A stretch of 63,974 bases of DNA, the filler included, from Octopus bimaculoides (taxonomy: Eukaryota): NCBI RefSeq assembly GCF_001194135.2. It is 4 parts of 4 records of this genome, joined end to end, with 100 filler letters (N's around TTAATTAATTAA, not from the genome) between each part and the next. Parts side by side here need not be neighbours in the genome. Positions count along the whole stretch, not along the records: positions 19,897 to 50,794 come from NC_068982.1; 3 more parts are not named here. The stretch is one strand, 5' to 3'. This document shows, piece after piece, positions 22,489-34,781 of this stretch. The position numbers and the translations under genes were made by a program. How positions within the stretch are numbered: position 1 is the first letter of the stretch; each line of letters begins with the position of its first letter. The notes beneath the pieces were generated by a model. That model searched no databases, was not told where the DNA came from, and saw only the letters and a program-made list of their open reading frames with translations.

Positions 22489-25400
22489 TGTATGCATTCG
22501 CATGTCCCTTTATTACTTGGGTGTTTGTGCATGTATGTGTGTGCCTCATGACTTTTTATATATGTATTTTTGTTGATATAACGTCCATTCTGCATGCTGG
22601 TATGGACTGGACAGTTTGACAGGAACTGGCCAACTGGAGAGCTGTCCAGGTTTCATTTTTGTCTATTTTGTCATGGTCTCTATGGCTGGATGCCCTTCCT
22701 AAAACCAACCACTTTGCAGAGTGTACTGGGTGCTTTTTATGAGGTACCAGCACAGACACTTTTACATGGTACTAGCATGGACACCTGCATGTAGCACCAG
22801 TGCAGGCACTGTTATGTAACACTGGCTCAATGCATTTTTACTTGGCACTGATATGGGTACTTTTACACGGCACCAGCACCCACAAGTCCACAAGACTAAG
22901 ATCTCTTGGCTGTGAGAGGGATGTAGTAGACATACCTGTATGTGTATACAGAGACAGCAACAATTTTATTTAGCTTAAAGAATCTCAAATAAATAATCTT
23001 TGATATGACTAACAAATTTTCACTGTTGCTGATAGATTCGATTCAGACGTTGCCTATTAGTTTTGTTCGCTCTTCCTTAGAAAATCTTAACATTTTAAAG
23101 TTTATCTATGTATGTATATCCTTAATGGTACATATATCCCTGAGCTCAATCTCAAGCGCTCTCAAAGCTGTTAATCGCCTCAGACCATTTATGGAATGTA
23201 GGCCGCATTGAAAATAGGAAGAGGTCTTGTACTAAACGCATATGATTTCATGTATATATACACGTATGTGGTAGCATATACATGTATATACTTATACATT
23301 TACAAATAACAGAAGGGAAGAGGAAAAAAACTAGGACGATTTGGTAAAGAAAGTAATTTTTTTAAATGAAGTCTTCTTGTCGCTTGTAACAGGGGGAGTA
23401 ACTTCCCTTAAAATTATTGGCCCAGGTCAAATGGTCTACTTACCTCCCCACCTCTTTCTGACCTGTATATATGAATACACACGTAGACTGTGTGTGTGTG
23501 TGTCTCAAACACGCACACACCAATAATACATACATGAAACAAGCACATACATGTATAAACATTAGATTCACACACTCGCAATGAAGTTAAAAATTAATGC
23601 AAATACATGCTCCATAACTGCGTTTTTTTATTGAAACATCAGCCATGTATAACCTTACATTTCATCCCATTTCATCCCTAACGTCTCAAATAAAGTATGT
23701 ATATGTTGAACAATGTTGTCTTTGAAATACAAAATGCGGGATGGCCACGGCTGGAATGCCTTTGATCATGGTTCTATTTGGTCAAGGTTTAACCTAGAGC
23801 CCCAACAACACCAAAATCCAAATTTACGCTGAACACACAACTTAGACGCACGCAGTCACTCACACACACACACACACATATACATATAGTGTAAACAAAC
23901 ATGCAAGTAGAGAAACAAAACTCATACGTACACACATCTATAATTAGATTTCTCTTCTTCACGTCATAAAATTCATTTCACTGTTAGAAGTATTTGTATT
24001 CTTATTTTCTGCCGATGCAGATCACTAGTTTCCTTGGATTTTTACTGTTTTTTCATATAATTAGACTGGGTTGCGCCAAGTAACTCATTCACATACAAAA
24101 ACACATTCACACACACACACGCATATATATATATACATATATATAAACGCATACAAGAATCATATGTGGGGGAAACATACACATATGTGCGTGTTTTCGG
24201 AGATCTTGGAAATGTTTCTTGCGGAAACCTAGTTGCTGAGGAATCTTTTTTTAGAATAACCAGTTGAAAAATAAACAGTGGCTGGAGAAGAATCGTTACA
24301 AAAAAGTACAGGAGAAAGCGAAGCCTCAGAGAGATTTATTATGAGAGAAACAATATTAGACAGAAGGGTTTAGTAGGAACATTGCGGTCAGAGGAAGGGG
24401 GGAAATCGTGTCAGAGAGAGAAAAATAGAAAGAGGTCTAGTGAGAGTAATACGATTTGAGAAAGGGGGAGAAATGATGTCAGAGTGCGCGCGCGTGTATA
24501 TGCATGTAATTGTGTTTGTATGTATGTGTGTGTGTGAGCGGTCGAGGGGGAGAGGTAATGTAAGAGTAACAAAGAAAAAGATATAACGAGAGTAATAGCT
24601 AGAGAGACACAGAAGTGACAGAGAGAAGTAGCAACAGACAGAGAGAGTGTTAATGTGAATATAAGAGCGAGTAAGAGAGGGTTAGTGACAGAGAAAAGAG
24701 AGAAAGAGAAAGTAGATCAGTGACAAAGTAGATTAGAGAGACAGAAAGATATATAGAAAGAAAAAGAGAATAAGTTGGTGAAATTTAACAAAGAAGCAGA
24801 AGATAAAACTGTTTAACCCCAGGTCAGCACTGACTGAGCTGACTAATAACCAGGCATTCCATCCATGACAATCCCGTATTATTATTTTTTAAACTACATA
24901 ATCCAATGTTTTTTTTACACGGCTGGGTATGTATAGGTTGGGTAGATTTGGCTGTTATTTCTTGCAAGACGAGCGACCTTGTGTTTGTGTGCATAATTGG
25001 ACAAATATAGCATTTTGAAAGAGTGAAAGAATGAATGAGTGAAAAATGAAAAAAAAAAAGAAGAAATGTGATAAAAATGTAAAGAGAGAAAAAGTAAATA
25101 GACTTAAAAAGACGGCGAGTCAAAGAAAGAAAAGAAAGGAAACAAAAATAACAAATGTAAGAAAAAGAAATAAAATATATTGCAGTCAAAAAGATAAGAG
25201 AGAGAGAAAGAAAGAAATAGAGAGACAGAGACAAGGAGAAAGAGAGAAGACTACAACAATGAGGTGATGGAAGTGAAGATAGAAAGAACAGCGGATCATA
25301 TAACAGCAGAGACGGGTGATAAGAGGAGGAGGAGGAAGGGGAGGGGATAGAACAAAGGAGGAGATGAGAGGAAAACAGAACGAGAAAGAAAAAACGAAAA

Positions 25401-25519
25401 TGAAACCCGGAGGAATGACTTGAAAGGAGGAAGTGGAGGTCGGGAGAAAGAATGAGAACGTTAGAGGAGGAGGAGGGAAAGGAGCGAGAAAACAAGAACG
25501 AAAGTGGAGGGGGAAGAAA

Positions 25520-25770
25520 GATAGCTATAAAGAGGGGGGAAGAAAGCTATAGTTATAAAGACAAGGAGGAGGAGCGCGATAGCTATAAAGAGGGGGAAGA
25601 AAGCTATAGTTATAAAGACAAGGAGGAGGAGAGCGATAGCTATAAAGAGGAGGTGGTGGTGGAGGACAGCAATAGTTATAAAGTGGAGGAGGAAAGCTAT
25701 ATCTCCTCGGCGGAAGATTGCGATAGCTATAAAGGGGAGGAGAGTGAACTAAAATGGTAGCCGCCATTTT
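25520..25770 (+). promoter_or_regulatory. Tandem ~57-bp repeat with seven TATAAAG motifs ending at a YY1-like motif
   Basis: Units start gatagctataaag at 25520, 25578, 25635 and 25722. CCGCCATTTT at 25761-25770 lies inside the inverted pair AAAATGG..CCATTTT. The repeat is observed; promoter function is inferred. Confidence 0.35.
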
Positions 25771-26941
25771 CTCATTCGCCTCAGATTTTTCATGTTTCTC
25801 CAGCCACTAGTCTGAATATATTGACACAGTTTTTTTTCCCCCTTAAATTGTTACCACTGAGCTATTACTAGTTCCATACTATCCTATAATGTATTTTGTC
25901 GTCTTTTATTTATTTATTTATTTATTTATTTACTATTTCTTGTGATAATTTTTTTTTGATTCAGGAAATTTTGTTGAGTTTTTTTAATTATAATCTATTT
26001 TGTTTTTGCTTTTCAATATAATACTTTTTTTTATTTTGTTTGTTTTATATCAAGTCACGAAAAAGAATATCCTATACAGTTTAGTTATTCATAGATTATA
26101 AACCTTTATCCTTCTGCTAGGTGCAGTACAACGATTCGACTCAATATACTTGTCTTGAAGCATTCTTTCCTCAGTTGATTTATTTTTACATACCAAAATA
26201 CAATGACATATATATGTGTGTGTGTATGTATGAATGCATATATATATATATATATCAACATGAGCATAAAAATATTTTCACACTACCGAATACACCGAAA
26301 TATCATTATATCATTGACAAAAATATACAAACATGAATATAAAGATACATCCATAGACACCTTAAGTGACAATAACAAATATATAAGTATAAACAAATTC
26401 ACAGACATGAAAATACATAGAAACACACATACTTAGAAGCAAAAAAAGCTCAGTCACATACACACAGGCGTGTGTACACATACACATCTACATAGAACTA
26501 AGTTAATATGTGAATACATACACTATCGTATTAAATTACAGGCACATGCATTTACATACTCACTCATAGATATGTATTATGTACATATACACACGTATAT
26601 GCATCATTGCAAGTGTGCAATAAAATATTAAACTTTATGAAAAAATATACACAACATACTCAAGCAAACTAACGCAGTTAAATAAGCTTGAAACGACTTA
26701 AATACATCAAAATATGCAGGTTCTTTGGTGTTCACACACATATATATATATATGTGTGTGTGTGCACGCACACACATATATTCAGTCACATAGACGCTTA
26801 TGAAATAAATGTGGAAATCCTCCCACCTTTTTATACACATAAACATTGAAATGTAGCCAGACACTAGCTGAAATATTAATACGAACATTCAAGTTTGCTG
26901 ATGTGTGTGTGTGTAATGCTTATAAGTATTCATATCTACGC

Positions 26942-26976
<35 letters not shown>

Positions 26977-27595
26977 NNNNNNNNNNNNNNNNNNNNNNNN
27001 NNNNNNNNNNNNNNNNNNNNNNNNNNNNNNNNNNNNNNNNNNNNNNNNNNNNNNNNNNNNNNNNNNNNNNNNNNNNNNNNNNNNNNNNNNNNNNNNNNNN
27101 NNNNNNNNNNNNNNNNNNNNNNNNNNNNNNNNNNNNNNNNNNNNNNNNNNNNNNNNNNNNNNNNNNNNNNNNNNNNNNNNNNNNNNNNNNNNNNNNNNNN
27201 NNNNNNNNNNNNNNNNNNNNNNNNNNNNNNNNNNNNNNNNNNNNNNNNNNNNNNNNNNNNNNNNNNNNNNNNNNNNNNNNNNNNNNNNNNNNNNNNNNNN
27301 NNNNNNNNNNNNNNNNNNNNNNNNNNNNNNNNNNNNNNNNNNNNNNNNNNNNNNNNNNNNNNNNNNNNNNNNNNNNNNNNNNNNNNNNNNNNNNNNNNNN
27401 NNNNNNNNNNNNNNNNNNNNNNNNNNNNNNNNNNNNNNNNNNNNNNNNNNNNNNNNNNNNNNNNNNNNNNNNNNNNNNNNNNNNNNNNNNNNNNNNNNNN
27501 NNNNNNNNNNNNNNNNNNNNNNNNNNNNNNNNNNNNNNNNNNNNNNNNNNNNNNNNNNNNNNNNNNNNNNNNNNNNNNNNNNNNNNNNNNNNNNN

Positions 27596-27639
<44 letters not shown>

Positions 27640-28171
27640 ATGTGTGTGTGTATTTGTCATGATAAATATATATATATATATCATCATCATCATCATCATC
27701 GATATGCATGGGTTGAAGTTTATTGAAGGAGATTTTCTACTACCGGATGCCCTTCCTGTCACTAAACCTCACCTGCTTTTAAGCAAGGTAATGTCCCATG
27801 GTCAGACATATTGGTTATGAATGACAGTAATAATCATTTTACAACTATCACGCTACGCCAAGACGAGGAGACACAATCACACACACACATATCCAAAATC
27901 CACATCAAGTACTAGGTCCACGAGGTAAAAAGTGGCTATCAGAGAAATCCAGATGAATCGATATGGAGATAGTGATGCAGATAACCATGATAAGGCTTGA
28001 CGTATGTACATATATATATATATATATATCTATATAATTTAGATTTAGATTCAAAATTGAATGTGGTACTTATGTTTAGGCACCAGAATATAGTATGGTA
28101 TTATCCAAAAACCATTCCAAAAGCAAGGTGATCAAAAAATAAAAAAAAGCAACACGGATTTCAAAGATTAC

Positions 28172-28259
28172 TGCAGTACGCACGTTTCATGCTACTCCAT
28201 TTATTTAAGTAATGCGAGCATTACATTAAATGCAATATGTAGAACAATCTTCAGCTGCA
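28172..28259 (-). ncRNA. Type-I hammerhead ribozyme motif with enlarged stem II loop
   Basis: Minus strand: TGCAG CTGAAGA ttgttctac..gtagcat GAAAC GTGC GTA CTGCA. 5-bp stem I, intact core, bulged stem II containing an extra hairpin gtaatgc-ga-gcattac. Confidence 0.65.
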
Positions 28260-28318
28260 CAAGAATGTAGAAAATTACAGTAGAATAGACATATTATAAT
28301 TGTGGCAACATTTAAAAT

Positions 28319-30300
28319 CTAAGTGGGAAGAAGAATACATAAAAATCCATCCTCTGGAGAAATGATGGTCTCTAGTGATTTTAGCTCATGTTCTATCCTG
28401 CCGCATAGCTTATTACATGGTAAAAATGAGTGTCCTCGTACGGGAAACAAGAATTCCACCTGCTTTATCTGAGCAGGAGTGGTGCACAGCCAGAGTATTA
28501 CCATGACCAACATAATGTTATTTTTATTTTGACCACCGCATCCATTACACACCAAGCGTACTAGAGTCGTGTTAGGAAAACAATCCATTTTTTTAAAATC
28601 GTTTGTAAGAAAGTCATGCAAGCAACTGGCAATCTCATTAGATCCTCGATGAGATTGATTTTCTGTCCATGTATACGCAATATTTCAATCTCCAGAATAG
28701 ATTGCAAAATGATAGAATGCTAGTTTTCGGGAACAGTAAGCCTCTTGAATTGTGAGCCTTGGCAAATTATGAACTTGTAGATCAAAAGCTACTGTCAGAA
28801 TACTAGAATCATTCATCTGCCTCAAAATGTCATAGAATGCTTTGGCACGTAATTTGTGCACATGCAGATTTGCAATGTTTTCTTGTTTCGATCTTTCATC
28901 CACAGAATTTTTAATGGCATATTTTGTCCGCTCACAAAATGGGTAATCTTCAAGTTTAGGGAGGTAAAAGAAAGTAAATAAAAATATACAAGGGAAATAA
29001 CTTAACGTCTTACTAGTATTATCCGTACTACTCTGAAATGTGTTTTTTTTTTTAGCTGTTTATAAATAAATCACATACGTGTTTTTTTTTTTTAACAAGT
29101 TCGCATGATACTAAACAATCCTCGCAGGTAAACTTATTCCTAATAGGCCGACAGCGCGCACACCATTCCAACATTCTGTGTCTTGAACTGCTGCATAATT
29201 CACTAATATTCCAATATTCTTCTAATATTAATTGACGAGTGAGGATTTCATTTTGAGGAACAATAAGTTGTTGTGCAGCCGGTCTACCACGAGGCATTTT
29301 CAATCTCTCAGCCGGTACTATGATATTCAATAGTACGGATAATACTAGTAAGACGTTAAGTTATTTCCCTTGTATATTTTTATTTACTTTTTTTACTTCC
29401 CTAAACTTGAAGATTACCCACAAAATGTACATGTGTCCACTCGAGGGCTATGGAAACCAATGTTGAACTCATTTACAAAGATTCTGTAGAGCATCATGAG
29501 TTTTACTTTGTGCTCTTCAGTAGATCAGTTGTAAACACACCTTATATGACGGGTGCTTTTCATCTCCGCTGGTAAGTACATTCGAATGCTTTTATTCCGA
29601 CCATAATGACTTTCAATGCCTTTAAGGTTTCCAATAAATCGCATGACAGAGTTTTTCTTCTCAATACTCGTATGAGATTTTCTACCCCCACCACGATTTT
29701 CCTCTGCCACATGTCCAGTCTGTCTAAAGCGTTTAATAAAGCCATCAACTCTATTTTTTCCAATTGGCTTGACAATTTTGAGGAAGGTTTCTCTGCACAC
29801 TTTCACTAGCTGCCCATTCTGTTTCCTCGCCATGTACGAATTTGATGACTGATGTTTCTTACCAGCAGTTCCACTCTTCCGTTTGACAATATTCAGATTC
29901 ACATGGAGAAGTAAAAAATTATCTTGTTGAATCTTGTGTGGTTTCTCAAATAGCTTACTCCGAAAGTACAAAACATCCTCTTCAGTGAGGTCGGTGCACT
30001 TGAAAACATTCTTGTTTTTATGACTACAAGTTCTCAGCCAAATATACTCGCCTGTAGCACTGTATCATTTCCTTTTTTCGGTGTCACGTTTGCGAATGGC
30101 GTTATTCTTCTTTTTACGAGTTCCCTTGTTTCCATCACTGATACGAATCAATTCATTTCCGTCATTTTGCATAATTTTTCGCGACATTTCCTCGTCTAAG
30201 GTAGTCGTCTTTAGAATTTCCCAAAAGATTAGCCAGCATGCAGATATCCCAATTTGTTTAAAACAACAACTTGAATATATCTGATTTTGATTGGAAGATT
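28319..30300 (-). mobile_element. Decayed Sola-like DNA transposon
   Basis: ENRGGGRKS..ESHYGRNKSIRMYLP, GFHSPRVDTCTFC, VAFDLQ..LP.L..QEAY..RKL, CGGQNKN, FPVRGHSFLPC. The superfamily name is from motif recall; termini not located. Confidence 0.65.
28942..29418 (-). mobile_element. 477-bp non-autonomous DNA transposon (Merlin-like) with ~90-bp TIRs and 9-bp TSD, nested in the Sola-like transposase
   Basis: TIRs GGTAATCTTCAAGTTTAGGGA..TCCCTAAACTTGAAGATTACC; cacaaaatg at 28933-28941 and 29419-29427. Removing it restores DTCTFC-ERTKY. Internal peptide LEWCARCRPIRNKFTCEDC. Confidence 0.85.
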
Positions 30301-30504
30301 GAGATTCACCTACTGTCTATATGGCATCTATCCCAGTTTGGCTGAAAATAAATTTCACATGCGTGAAGTCAGCAGCTTGCAGATTGTTTTAATGGTGATC
30401 ATGAAATCGAACAAGTAAGCACTTATACCTGAAAGTAAGCTCCTCATATACAAATCTGTGTGTGTGTGTGTTTATATATCAAGCTTAATCATGTCTATCT
30501 GCAT

Positions 30505-30611
<107 letters not shown>

Positions 30612-31037
30612 CACATACATACATACATACATACATACATACATACCCCAAATGCGCACAACCCCACACGCATGCACACAACACAGAGCGTACAGACAAC
30701 GCACACACATGCACACACATACACGCACGCACACACGTACACATATATATACATTGAGAGAGGGAGCAATAGAGTGACACACAGAGATAGGTACACATAC
30801 ACACATTTATATATAGAGAGAGCAACAGAATGACACAATATAGACACACACACCCATACACGTGCACACATACACACATTCCCAGTCCGTCCGCGTACAC
30901 ATGCCAACACACACACAGCCACACCCACCCATTCACCCACCCTTCAGACAATGCAACCACACTTCTCTCCTTTTTATGCACACGTACACATACACACGCA
31001 TGCATGCATGTACAAACACTCACACACACGCGCGTGT

Positions 31038-31070
<33 letters not shown>

Positions 31071-32679
31071 CACACACGCATTCCCATCCCACCATTCACA
31101 TACTTTTCAGAATGTTTCAGACTGTCTTTCACACACCCTTCAGACTGCCCAAACTCATTATTGACCATTCCATCTACGCACACCACATAGTAAAACACAC
31201 GCACACGCTGCACACCTACCGTACACTCACCTGTCATTATAGCTGCTGATCTCTCACTAGGACATTAAGGCAAACAGTTATCATCACAATCACACATGCT
31301 ACCACACACACACACTCAGTTACTGCCTTGCATACACACACACACACACACACAGACTAAGTAACTGCCACATACACACACATGCTACAATACACACACA
31401 TGCTACAATACACACACATGCCATCACACACACACATGCACACACACACATTCCACAACACAAGTGTATGCTCTCACACATACACAGATACCAACCATTC
31501 TTCACTCTCTCTTGTCCAGAAAGCATTTTTCTCTTTGTCCAACTTCCGGTCATCGCAAAATTTATCTACACATGGACTGTTGGTGATTTTTTTTTCCTCC
31601 TTCTTCCTTTTCTTTTGGACTTTCCCATGTTTCCTGTTTCTGAAGAAGAGCTATGCCCAAAGCATAAAACAACCACTCTTTTCCTTCTCTGAGCATCTTA
31701 TTAATATTTTACATGTGCTATGTCCTCACATTGTTGTTTTTTAATTATTGTCTTTTTCTGTTTTTTTAATTAATTATATATNNNNNNNNNNNNNNNNNNN
31801 NNNNNNNNNNNNNNNNNNNNNNNNNNNNNNNNNNNNNNNNNNNNNNNNNNNNNNNNNNNNNNNNNNNNNNNNNNNNNNNNNNNNNNNNNNNNNNNNNNNN
31901 NNNNNNNNNNNNNNNNNNNNNNNNNNNNNNNNNNNNNNNNNNNNNNNNNNNNNNNNNNNNNNNNNNNNNNNNNNNNNNNNNNNNNNNNNNNNNNNNNNNN
32001 NNNNNNNNNNNNNNNNNNNNNNNNNNNNNNNNNNNNNNNNNNNNNNNNNNNNNNNNNNNNNNNNNNNNNNNNNNNNNNNNNNNNNNNNNNNNNNNNNNNN
32101 NNNNNNNNNNNNNNNNNNNNNNNNNNNNNNNNNNNNNNNNNNNNNNNNNNNNNNNNNNNNNNNNNNNNNNNNNNNNNNNNNNNNNNNNNNNNNNNNNNNN
32201 NNNNNNNNNNNNNNNNNNNNNNNNNNNNNNNNNNNNNNNNNNNNNNNNNNNNNNNNNNNNNNNNNNNNNNNNNNNNNNNNNNNNNNNNNNNNNNNNNNNN
32301 NNNNNNNNNNNNNNNNNNNNNNNNNNNNNNNNNNNNNNNNNNNNNNNNNNNNNNNNNNNNNNNNNNNNNNNNNNNNNNNNNNNNNNNNNNNNNNNNNNNN
32401 NNNNNNNNNNNNNNNNNNNNNNNNNNNNNNNNNNNNNNNTATATATATATATATATATATATATATGTAAAACTCTTGTATTCTTTTCTACACACTCAGC
32501 AACCCTGGTTGCCTACCGTGAAATATAAAAAGAACTTTTTTCAGCTCATTGTTTTTTGATAAAAGAAAAAAAATCTGCAATCTTCCGTCTCAATAAACCA
32601 CTATTGTTCCTGAAAGTCTTAGATTTACTATGGATTGCTCGAAGCTAACTTTCTTCCTACACCTCCATCCCTGCATCTT

Positions 32680-32713
<34 letters not shown>

Positions 32714-32721
32714 TTATGTAT

Positions 32722-32769
<48 letters not shown>

Positions 32770-33239
32770 TAAAGATCCAATGGAGGTAAGATCAACAAGA
32801 AAAGTACTCTAACTGGTGAGAGCAATAAATATTCATTTAAATACACAACTGAAAGGTTTACAAATAGTTTCACGCTGTCGTGATACTTGAACAGGCATAT
32901 TTATAAAATATGCCATGCACCTTAAAGCAACCTTTCAGGGCCTGAAGGATTGCTTTCTGTAGCTCTTTCGGTTATGAATTTAAATTCATATGTATATCTA
33001 TGTGTGTGTATTCTTTTCTTTTTTCTTTTACTTGTTTCAGTCATTTGATTGCGGCCATGCTGGAGTACTGCCTTTAGTCAAGCAAATCGACACCAGGACT
33101 TATTCATTGTAAGCCTAGTACTTATTCTATTGGTTTCTTTTGCCAAACCGGTAAGTTACAGGGACATAAACAGCCCCTAAAGTAGTACTAGGAAATGTCA
33201 CAACTAATGTATGGTGTAACAGTATAATCAACAACTCTC

Positions 33240-33800
33240 ACAAAAGCCTCTTTCCTGAGTAACTACAGAGTTATTTTGGAAAGAAGCAACTACAGAGGCC
33301 TCAAACTGATGAACTAGGTTATAAAAGTAATATAAGTAATGTAAAGCGTATTAACACAATTAATTAGGAAGAGAGTCAGCTTAGATGAGACGCAGTTTGG
33401 ATTTGTGCCAGGCTGTTGAAATACTGATGCACTTTTCATAGTAAAGCAGCTGCAAAAGAAATTTATTGCAAAGAAAATACATTTCTACCAAGCATTTGTT
33501 GCTCTGAAGAAGGCTTCTGATGTGGAATCACAATCAGTAGTCTGGTGATTTAAGGAGAGAGCCGTATTAGTTGTGTATAGTGATGCAGTTAGTAATATGA
33601 GAATTTTGCAATGAGTTCAGTGAGAAATTTCTTGTGCAGGTAGGTGTTCAGCAAGGCTCAGTTCTCTTCTTAGTCTTATTTGTTACAGTTCTCCAAGCTA
33701 TGACAATGACATTTAAGACCAGTTGTCCATGAGAACTCATATATGCTGATGACCTCGTACTTATCGCAGAGTCTTGATATGTGAAAACAAAACCTAGAAT
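33240..33800 (+). mobile_element. RTE-clade LINE RT fragment
   Basis: LDETQFGFVPG..TDALFIVKQLQ, VGVQQGSVLS and LIYADDLVLIAES. Confidence 0.85.
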
Positions 33801-34400
33801 CCTTGCTAATAATGAAATGCACAACCAAGACGTGGTCTTCCAGCCAGTCTTAGAAGGATTTGGTCATGATGACCTGTCAAACCCATGCCAGCAGGGTAAG
33901 TGGATGTGAAATGGTGGTGGTGGTGGTGGTGATGGTGGCGGCGGCAGCGGACGACGATGATGATGATGATGACAATGTTGACGATGTGGAGGAGGAGGGT
34001 CTGATGATTTATGTGGTTGTCGTTATCATCAGTCCTAATGAGCACTCATAATCAAAAACATAGTGGCTGTGGCCACTGCCTTCTTAACCTTGATATAATA
34101 TATCCCAGACTACAACACCCAATGTGTACTGTATTCTGTAGTTTTTTTTTTGCTTTGTTTTTTTTTTTAGCCATCATGGCTAAGATCATACTTGAGCGCT
34201 AATTATTCTAATTTAGACAGTACAATGTGGTCTAAGGGAAATTTAGTTGCTATTTTTAGAAGGTGGAAGCTCCTTCATTCATTCCTCCATAGATATGTAT
34301 ATTCAAAGGTGCCGTCTTAACAATGTGTGAAGAGTGATCAAAAATCTTAGTTTTCTTATAAAAGTGTGAATTCCCTTGCTTTAATTTTATTTTTTATTGT

Positions 34401-34781
34401 TTACTTGTTTCAGTCATTGAATTGTAGCCAAACTGGGGCACTGACTTGGATTTAGTCAAGCAAATCAACCCCAGTACTTATTTTATAAAAACCTGGTACT
34501 TATTCTATCAAACTCTTTTTGCCAAACTGCTAAGTTACAGTGACATATACAAACCAACACCAGTTATCAAGCAGTGGTGAGGGACAAACACAAACACACA
34601 CACTCACACACACATATGTGTATATACAATGGGCTTCTTTCAGTTTCTATTTGCTAGATCCACTCATAAAGCTTTAGTTGGCTTTGGGCTATAGTAGAAG
34701 ACACTTGCTCAAGGTACCATGCAGTGGGATTGAACCCAGAACTATGTGGTTGGGAAACAAAATTTGTACTATGCAGCCACA
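34401..34781 (-). mobile_element. SINE family B, diverged near-full copy
   Basis: Collinear with 41261-41638. Confidence 0.85.

Noticed and set aside
25520-25735. Regularly spaced repeats considered as a CRISPR-like array
   Set aside because: The units are degenerate tandem copies without unique spacers, there are no cas genes, and the context is eukaryotic.
25452-25767. Opposing ORFs with SYK/EEE repeats (+) and extensin-like PPPLYSY repeats (-)
   Set aside because: Both come from the ~57-bp tandem repeat. The first unit is 58 bp and shifts frame, so there is no sign of coding constraint.
26125-26185. Hammerhead-like CUGAGGA..GAAUC..GUA on the minus strand
   Set aside because: The GAAA core is broken and stems I and II do not pair.
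31500-31650. Open frames with splice-like ends on both strands
   Set aside because: Polypurine/polypyrimidine bias creates false acceptors, the donors are weak and no domain is recognisable.
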